From: Gemmata obscuriglobus | Lineage (GTDB): Bacteria > Planctomycetota > Planctomycetia > Gemmatales > Gemmataceae | DNA length: 32,000 nucleotides | Direction: 5' to 3' | Assembly (NCBI RefSeq): GCF_008065095.1 | Contig: NZ_CP042911.1 | Coordinates: 5,310,001 to 5,342,000, forward strand | In this document: positions 9,824 through 15,359 of the stretch, piece after piece | Numbering within the stretch: position 1 is the first letter of the stretch | Layout: every line of letters starts with the position of its first letter | Notes under the pieces: generated by a model | Told to the model about the DNA's origin: nothing | The model's input: the letters and a program-made list of their open reading frames with translations, nothing else | Database searches by the model: none | Translations under genes and position numbers: made by a program

Positions 9824-10062
9824 TAAAGAGCGTTACCGACCGGCGTCAACCGTTGCGCCTCGCCGACCAGTTGAGTCACGCGCGCAGCGCCCCTATCCCT
9901 CTGATGGCAGCGCCCCGGAACGACCGGATGAGCCGCGAGTGCGGCCGAGATTTCCCAGCGCTTTGAAAGCAACCGAGTATAACCGCAGTATACCAAGCCA
10001 TTCCCTCCATCCGCCCGCGCGGACGAACCAGCCCCCCCAAACCCAAACAACCTCTCGAATTT

Positions 10063-10761
10063 ATGCAAAACCACGATCCGCAAGCGATCTTCGACCAAAA
10101 ACACGCAGCCGGTTACGACCAGCGGTGGGCCAAATTGGCCCCGCTACGGGACGCACTCCATTTGTTCATCGGGGCGGTGCTTTCCGACCTGAAGGCCGAC
10201 GCGCGTGTGCTCTGCGTCGGTGTCGGGACCGGTTCGGAGTTGATTTACCTGACGCAGCGGTTCCCGCGGTGGCACTTCACCGCGGTGGAGCCGTCAACGG
10301 CAATGCTCGACGTGTGCCGACGGAAGGCCGAGGAATGCGGCGTATCGGACCGGTGCGTGTTCCACGCGGGCTATCTGGATTCACTGCCGCCGTCCGACAC
10401 GTTCGACGCGGCCACGTCTTTGCTGGTGTCGCAGTTCGTTCTGGACCGGCAGGCGCGCGTGGGCTTCTTCCGGGCGATCGCGAACCGTCTGCACCCGCGG
10501 GCGTTCTTGATTAACGCGGACCTGACTGCGGACACAAGCTCCGCGGAGTACCAGAGTTTGCTTGAGGTCTGGCTGCGGATCATGAAGTCCGCGGATTTCA
10601 CCCCCGAAGATCTCGACCGTCTCCGCACCGCTTACAGTCGCGACGTTGCCGTGCTGCCCGCAAACGAGGTCCGCGCGATCCTGACGGCGGGCGGCTTTGG
10701 CGACCCAGTTCAGTTCCTCCAAACCGGTCTCATTCACGCGTGGTACACGAGGCGCGCGTGA
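10063..10761 (+). CDS. class I SAM-dependent methyltransferase
   Basis: Motif I VLCVGVGTGSELIYL, an acidic residue after beta-2 (FTAVEPS), and the motif post-I/II layout (DAATSLLVSQFV). Length 232 aa. Confidence 0.8.
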   Translation: MQNHDPQAIFDQKHAAGYDQRWAKLAPLRDALHLFIGAVLSDLKADARVLCVGVGTGSELIYLTQRFPRWHFTAVEPSTAMLDVCRRKAEECGVSDRCVFHAGYLDSLPPSDTFDAATSLLVSQFVLDRQARVGFFRAIANRLHPRAFLINADLTADTSSAEYQSLLEVWLRIMKSADFTPEDLDRLRTAYSRDVAVLPANEVRAILTAGGFGDPVQFLQTGLIHAWYTRRA

Positions 10762-10816
10762 GCCCGGGTGTGATCGTCTGACCATCAATCACCCACAGAT
10801 CCGCGTTAATGCGCGT

Positions 10817-11071
10817 TGATGTCGGCGCCGGAGCGCGGGCCTCTGGCCCGCTTGAGATCAGCGGTTCGATTCGGCTACGGGAGGACTCAAGGCGCCTACC
10901 AGCGGGCCGTTTGAGGCCGGGGCGACACACAATACCCTTGGCGCGCATCAATGCCAGCGCCGGAGCGCGGGCCTCTGGCCCGCTTGAGATCAGCGGTTCG
11001 ATTCGGCTACGGGAGAACTCAAGGCGCACTCCCGGCGCATACCAGCGGGCCAGAGGCCCGCGCTCCGGCGC
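10817..11071. repeat. tandem duplication (period 132 bp) of an element with 28-bp perfect terminal inverted repeats
   Basis: 10825-10895 and 10957-11027 are identical apart from one mismatch (10884 G vs 11016 A). In copy 2, GCGCCGGAGCGCGGGCCTCTGGCCCGCT (10957-10984) is the exact reverse complement of 11044-11071. Copy 1 has a degenerate 3' arm. Confidence 0.7.
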
Positions 11072-11193
11072 CAGCACTACTCACGCTTCAGTATCAGCCG
11101 ATCCTCTCGGACCGTTTCAAAAATCACCAGAATTGCGCGCGGGTCTGTCGGCGTGCCGGCCTCTTATACTGGCGGCGAACCGGAGGAACCGAC

Positions 11194-13521
11194 ATGGCTG
11201 GGGTTCGACTGGCCGCGCTGGTGCGGAAGCTGCGGCGCGACGCCGTTTTCGACTCGGGCGGTGACTCCGACGCGGACCTGCTCGCGCGCTTCGCATCGGC
11301 GCGCGACGAGCTGGCGTTCGAGCTGCTCGTGTGGCGGCACGGCGCAATGGTGCTGGCAGCGTGCCGGCGCGCGTTGGGACACACCGAGGATGCCGAGGAC
11401 GCGTTCCAGGCCACGTTCCTCGTATTGGCGCGCAAGGCCCACGCGGTCCGCCGGGGAACCGCGGTCCCGGCCTGGCTCCACCGGGTCGCCGTGCGGATCG
11501 CGCACCGGCTCGCGGCCGGTCGTCGGCCGACTACCACCCTCGCCACAGAGCCCGCGGCCCGCGCCACACCCGACGCGGCCGAGTTGCACGAACTGCGTGG
11601 CATGCTCGACGCCGAGATCGACCGGCTCTCCGAACCGTACCGGCGAGCGTTCGTGCTGTGCTACCTGGAGGGGCTGTCGAACGCGGACGCGGCCCGGGAA
11701 CTCGGTTGCCCGGTGGGCACCATCGAATCCCGGCTGACGGCCGCACGCCGCACCCTCCGAACCCGCCTCGTGCGGCGGCTTCCGCTGCCCGCCGGGGCGC
11801 TGGCCGCACTCGGGTTCCTCCCGACCCTGTCGGCAACTGCGGTCGCCGAAGTGAAGCGCGCCGCGGCGGTCGCCGCGACCCGCGGACTCCGGGCCGCGAT
11901 CGGAATTGCACGCGAGCCGGCCGTGCGGCTGGCGGAAAGGGCAATGATCATGACGAAGCTGCAAAAGTGGGTCGTGGGCACAATGAGTCTCGCCCTGTTC
12001 GGGCTGGCCGTGGGCATCGGGTGGGCAGGCCCGGACGCCGAGCCTCCCGAGCCTCCGAAAGTGGTGACAGCGCACCCGGTAAGCGCACCACCAGACACTA
12101 AGGTGCAGTTGGACAGTGCTCCGCCGCCCAAGCCGGTGGAACCCAAACCAAAAGATACTTGGCCGCTCGCGTGGCGCAGAACGCTGGACGGCTACGGACA
12201 TCTCATCGGCGTTACCCCCGACGGAAAGTCGCTCCTCATGCGCCACGACCGCGGAGTGAACCTGATACCACTTACAGAAAAAAATGCGCGCACATTTTCA
12301 TCAGCAAATAATGTGTCAGGAGCTGCATTGTCTGCTGACGGAAAGTTCGTCGCAACTGCCGAAGGTATTAACGGGGTGAAGATTCGAGACCGCATGAGCG
12401 GCCGAGTCGTCGAGGCCCTCTGGCCGAGTGGCGATCTCCCGGCACAACAGGTTGCGTTCACGCCCGATGGGGCAAAGCTCGTTGTCTTATGTTGGCGTAG
12501 GTCCGCACCCTCAAGGTTTGGCGCCGCGGGGGCACCACCCGCAAAGAGTAAGGCCGCACGCACTGAGACGGTCCGCCTCTCGGTGTGGGACATGGCAACG
12601 CTGAAGGAACTTACTCAGCCTGCGCATGAAGAGACTTTCGACGATTCGCAAGAGCTGAGGTACGTGCTGTCTCGGTACGGACGGTTCGCACTCCGAACTC
12701 AGGCCGTGTTCGAGAAGACCGGAACGGACACGCAATTCAAAGCGCGCCAGTTCACGGTCATCGACACGGTCAGCGGTGCCGCCGCCAAACCGCTCGAATT
12801 GCCCCACTACGTCAGTCAAGCGGCCTTTCCGGACGCCCTCTCCCCTGATGGGAAGATCATTGCTGCATTGAACACGGACGGCAGCAGGCTCCAGTTCTTC
12901 AATTCGGATACGGGTCGGGAGCGATTTAAAGTGTCCGCACTTCGCCGCCCGGTGAAGGCCGTGGCATTTTCCCCGAACGGTAAATTCGTGGCCGCCGCAA
13001 CGGGTGTTGATTCGTCGTCCGGCCGCGGCGACGCGATTGCAGCCCCATCCGAGGTTGTCATCTGGGAAACGGCCACCGGAAAGGAGGTCGCCCGGCTGAT
13101 CGATAAAGATAGCATTCGCGACTACACAGCCCTGACGTTCAGCCCGAACGGGTCTTTTCTGGCCGCTCAATCCAAGGACGACTTCATCTCAATCTGGGGA
13201 CAACTGCCGGCCGCAGAACCGGCACCGGAAGCACGCAAGCCGTCCCAACCGCCGGCGAAGTCGTCACCCACCGCACCAGACCGGTTTCAGGCACTGATGA
13301 GCGGCCTCGGGGCCGAAGGGGTGACCGATGCCCGCCGTGTTGAGGTGCTGTTCCTTGCCGCGCTCGGGCGGTTCCCCACGGACGTAGAGGCTCGCACTCT
13401 CGCGGCCCAACTTGCTCGCAGCAGCGATAAGGCCGCCGCACTCCGCGAGTTACTCGGCACGCTCACCGAAACGGCCGAGTTCCGCGCGCACGCCGCCGAG
13501 TTGCAGCGGATGGTGAAGTAA
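11194..13521 (+). CDS. ECF (sigma-70 family) sigma factor fused to transmembrane segment(s) and a WD40/PD40-type beta-propeller
   Basis: Track ORF 10951..13521(+). The real start is probably the ATG at 11194, preceded by GGAGGAA (11183-11189). Region 2 is DAEDAFQATFLVLARKA and WLHRVAVRIAHR. Region 4 is YRRAFVLCYLEGLSNADAARELGCPVGTIESRLTAARRTLRTRL. Hydrophobic segments follow (WVVGTMSLALFGLAVGIGWAG). There are repeats such as LSADGKFVATA, FTPDGAKLVVL, LSPDGKIIAAL, FSPNGKFVAAA and FSPNGSFLAAQ. No stop codon interrupts the fusion. Confidence 0.8.
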   Translation: MAGVRLAALVRKLRRDAVFDSGGDSDADLLARFASARDELAFELLVWRHGAMVLAACRRALGHTEDAEDAFQATFLVLARKAHAVRRGTAVPAWLHRVAVRIAHRLAAGRRPTTTLATEPAARATPDAAELHELRGMLDAEIDRLSEPYRRAFVLCYLEGLSNADAARELGCPVGTIESRLTAARRTLRTRLVRRLPLPAGALAALGFLPTLSATAVAEVKRAAAVAATRGLRAAIGIAREPAVRLAERAMIMTKLQKWVVGTMSLALFGLAVGIGWAGPDAEPPEPPKVVTAHPVSAPPDTKVQLDSAPPPKPVEPKPKDTWPLAWRRTLDGYGHLIGVTPDGKSLLMRHDRGVNLIPLTEKNARTFSSANNVSGAALSADGKFVATAEGINGVKIRDRMSGRVVEALWPSGDLPAQQVAFTPDGAKLVVLCWRRSAPSRFGAAGAPPAKSKAARTETVRLSVWDMATLKELTQPAHEETFDDSQELRYVLSRYGRFALRTQAVFEKTGTDTQFKARQFTVIDTVSGAAAKPLELPHYVSQAAFPDALSPDGKIIAALNTDGSRLQFFNSDTGRERFKVSALRRPVKAVAFSPNGKFVAAATGVDSSSGRGDAIAAPSEVVIWETATGKEVARLIDKDSIRDYTALTFSPNGSFLAAQSKDDFISIWGQLPAAEPAPEARKPSQPPAKSSPTAPDRFQALMSGLGAEGVTDARRVEVLFLAALGRFPTDVEARTLAAQLARSSDKAAALRELLGTLTETAEFRAHAAELQRMVK

Positions 13522-13540
13522 AAACCGTACTGTGTCGGCC

Positions 13541-13598
13541 GCACAGGGCGGGAGCACAGGGCTTCCGCCCTGTGCTACGCGAGCCGGCCCCTCCGGGG
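13541..13598. repeat. REP-like GC-rich palindromic unit (copy A)
   Basis: The hairpin AGCACAGGGC-TTCC-GCCCTGTGCT (13553-13576), plus an extra half-site GCACAGGGCGG (13541-13551), is followed by CGAGCCGGCCCCTCCGGGG. An inverted copy lies at 15189-15233. Confidence 0.5.
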
Positions 13599-13622
13599 CG
13601 GAGAACAAGTTAAAAGGCGAAA

Positions 13623-13673
13623 GTGCAAAGGCAAAAGGATTGCACCTCTTTTGCCTTTGCACGTTCCTCTTTT
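13623..13673 (+). terminator. intrinsic-terminator-like hairpin downstream of the ECF-propeller gene
   Basis: GTGCAAAGGCAAAAGG (13623-13638) pairs with CC(T)CTTTTGCCTTTGCAC (13645-13662) with one bulge. A T-rich GTTCCTCTTTT follows. It belongs to the same sequence family as the hairpin at 15285-15343. Confidence 0.55.
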
Positions 13674-15168
13674 GGACACTTCTCGCTGGACGCGACAGCG
13701 GGTACTGCGTTGCGGTGATTGATCTTGTGAAAGAGTCCAGCCGGTGCCTTTTTGGGGGTTACCACACCAACCCATCAAGGACACCGGCATGGACCGCGCT
13801 CATGTGCGCGTTGTGTCGAAGAGTTGTGCCCCGGAGACCTTCCCGTGCCCCCGGTGCGGAGAACGGGGACGGCGGAAAGGTACCCACACCCGCCGCGTTC
13901 GGGACATCGCCTACGGGGAAATCGTGTTCCTCGAGTTGACCGTTGGAGAATACCGCGCCACCTGTGCCTGTTGCAAGACCTTCCGCTCTCAGATCGAAGG
14001 GATCGAACCTCGAGCCGAGTACACCAACCGCGTTCGCGAGGCCGTCATCGACCGACTCCTCGAGGACGGCATGAGCGCCCATCGGCTCCAACAGGCGTTG
14101 CGTCGGGACTTCCTCCTGGATCTGTCCGACGGGTTCCTCTCGGACTGCCTGGACTGGAAGGTGCGCCAGACCGACATGCCCGGGTACCGCCAGTGGACGC
14201 TTGACAACTTCTCGGGCACCCTGTGCATCGACGAGCTGCACTTGGGCCACCGCACGCTCCTGTTGGCCACCGACCCGATCGGCGATTTCCCGGTGGCCTT
14301 CGCCGTGGTCTCGGCCAACGATCAGGCCCATATGCGTGGGTTCCTGAACAACCTGCGGAACCACGGGTTCTTGCCCCAAGTGGTCGTCACCGATGGCTCG
14401 AACCTGTACCCCACCGTGTTGGCGGACCTGTGGCCCCACGCCCGTCACCAGCTGTGCGTGTTCCATGTCCTCAAGGACATCAATACCCATGTCTTCGATG
14501 CCCTGCGACGGCTCCGACGCGCGCTCGCCCGAAAAGGGGGACGGAAGCGACGTCGGGGCCGGCCGAGCAAGGCCCAGAAACAGGCCCGGGCACGCCGCGG
14601 GAAGACCAAGACGGAGCAAGGGCACTTCGTGTGGAAGCATCGGCACCTGATCGTGACCCGACCCGAACATCTGGATGGGCGACAACGCCGCTGGCTCAGC
14701 CAGATGTTCGGTTACCTGCCCGCGCTGCGGGCGCTCCGCGCGTTCGCGCTTCGGATCTATCGGCTGTTCGACCCCGAGCAAAGCCCTCATCAAGCGCGGT
14801 GCCGTCGGGCGGCTCTGGTCCGAGACGCACAGTACCAATCCGATCCCGACCTGTCCTCGGCGTTGGAACTGCTGAGCGCCGAGAAGTTCGACAAGATGAT
14901 GGCGTTCCTGCACAGCCCCCACGCTCGACGGGTTCGGACCAATAACCACGTGGAGCGCACCAATCGGCGCCTCCGATACTTGGAAAAGGTGCGGTACAAA
15001 TGGCGTCGGCGAAGGACCATCGTCCGGTTCATCGTCCTGGCCCTGGATCGCTGGCACCAACAACGCTTGACCCAAAAACAAACCGCGGTCACGCCGGATA
15101 CACAGTCGAAGGGTGTGGAGACCAGAAAGCCGGCATCATGAAGTTGTCGCGTTCAGCGAGAAGTCTCC
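13674..15168 (+). mobile_element. insertion sequence, ISL3-family-like, apparently intact (about 1.49 kb)
   Basis: IRL is GGACACTTCTCGCTGGACGCGACAGC (13674-13699). The reverse complement of 15143-15168 is GGAGACTTCTCGCTGAACGCGACAAC, which matches at 23 of 26 positions. The flanking direct repeat is TCTTTT (13668-13673 and 15169-15174), or 8-bp CCTCTTTT (13666-13673 and 15167-15174) if the terminal CC is counted as flank. A single transposase ORF fills the element. Confidence 0.75.
13789..15141 (+). CDS. DDE transposase (ISL3-like)
   Basis: The N-terminal zinc-finger pattern CPRCGERGRRKGTHTRRVRDIAYGEIVFLELTVGEYRATCACCKTF resembles zf-ISL3. Candidate DDE residues lie in LCIDELHLG, VVVTDGSNLYP...HQLCVFHVLKD and RTNNHVERTNRRLRYLEK. 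The start is ATG 13789 or GTG 13744, and the stop abuts IRR. Confidence 0.7.
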   Translation: MDRAHVRVVSKSCAPETFPCPRCGERGRRKGTHTRRVRDIAYGEIVFLELTVGEYRATCACCKTFRSQIEGIEPRAEYTNRVREAVIDRLLEDGMSAHRLQQALRRDFLLDLSDGFLSDCLDWKVRQTDMPGYRQWTLDNFSGTLCIDELHLGHRTLLLATDPIGDFPVAFAVVSANDQAHMRGFLNNLRNHGFLPQVVVTDGSNLYPTVLADLWPHARHQLCVFHVLKDINTHVFDALRRLRRALARKGGRKRRRGRPSKAQKQARARRGKTKTEQGHFVWKHRHLIVTRPEHLDGRQRRWLSQMFGYLPALRALRAFALRIYRLFDPEQSPHQARCRRAALVRDAQYQSDPDLSSALELLSAEKFDKMMAFLHSPHARRVRTNNHVERTNRRLRYLEKVRYKWRRRRTIVRFIVLALDRWHQQRLTQKQTAVTPDTQSKGVETRKPAS

Positions 15169-15188
15169 TCTTTTGCCTTGGTTTCGCA

Positions 15189-15233
15189 CCCCGGAGGGGT
15201 CGCCGGACGTAGCACAGGGCGGTAGCCCTGTGC
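15189..15233. repeat. REP-like GC-rich palindromic unit (copy A', inverted relative to 13554-13598)
   Basis: The reverse complement of 15189-15233 is GCACAGGGCTACCGCCCTGTGCTACGTCCGGCGACCCCTCCGGGG. Copy A reads GCACAGGGCTTCCGCCCTGTGCTACGCGAGCCGGCCCCTCCGGGG. About 36 of 45 positions match by eye. Confidence 0.5.
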
Positions 15234-15284
15234 ACCAACACCCTTCAACCCGATCCGGCATTAACCCGGCGAAGCGCGAGTAAA

Positions 15285-15343
15285 GAGGCGAAGGTGTGAA
15301 GGCAAAAGGGGTTGCTACCTTTTTGCCTTCACACCTTCGCCTC
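15285..15343 (-). terminator. long hairpin 17 nt downstream of the nrdJ stop
   Basis: GAGGCGAAGGTGTGAAGGCAAAAGG (15285-15309) pairs with CCTTTTTGCCTTCACACCTTCGCCTC (15318-15343), about 25 bp with one extra T. On the minus strand it is followed by TTTACT. Confidence 0.6.
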
Positions 15344-15359
15344 CTCACTTGCGCTCGAC

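Noticed and set aside
5653-10514. Giant ORFs 5653..10104(-) (1483 aa) and 5868..10514(+) (1548 aa) overlapping the RND gene
   Set aside because: They are extremely Arg/Gly/Pro/His-rich, have no recognisable motifs, and even span clearly non-coding hairpin DNA. These are typical off-frame and antisense open frames of high-GC DNA. The 6022..9345(+) frame has the RND architecture.
10991-11020. tRNA-like T-loop sequence GCGGTTCGATTCGGC inside the repeat (also in copy 1 near 10860)
   Set aside because: I could not build a cloverleaf. There is no 7-bp acceptor pairing and no 5-7-5 anticodon arm, and the neighbouring GGGCC-TCT-GGCCC hairpin has only a 3-nt loop. It is not a tRNA or tmRNA.
10817-11071. 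Possible CRISPR array, because of the direct repeats
   Set aside because: There are only two copies, with a 132-bp period and no unique spacers. The copies are themselves long palindromes, and no cas genes are present. No CRISPR-like array occurs anywhere else in the window either.
10730-11264. ORFs 10730..11077(-), 10809..11264(+) and the 10951 start of the long ORF, all encoding APERGPLAR-type peptides
   Set aside because: The peptides arise on both strands only because the DNA is a palindromic tandem repeat. A proper SD plus ATG for the sigma gene lies at 11194.
13759-15081. 440-aa minus-strand ORF inside the IS
   Set aside because: It is antisense to the transposase frame, which carries the zinc-finger and DDE-like motifs. 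It has no motifs of its own.
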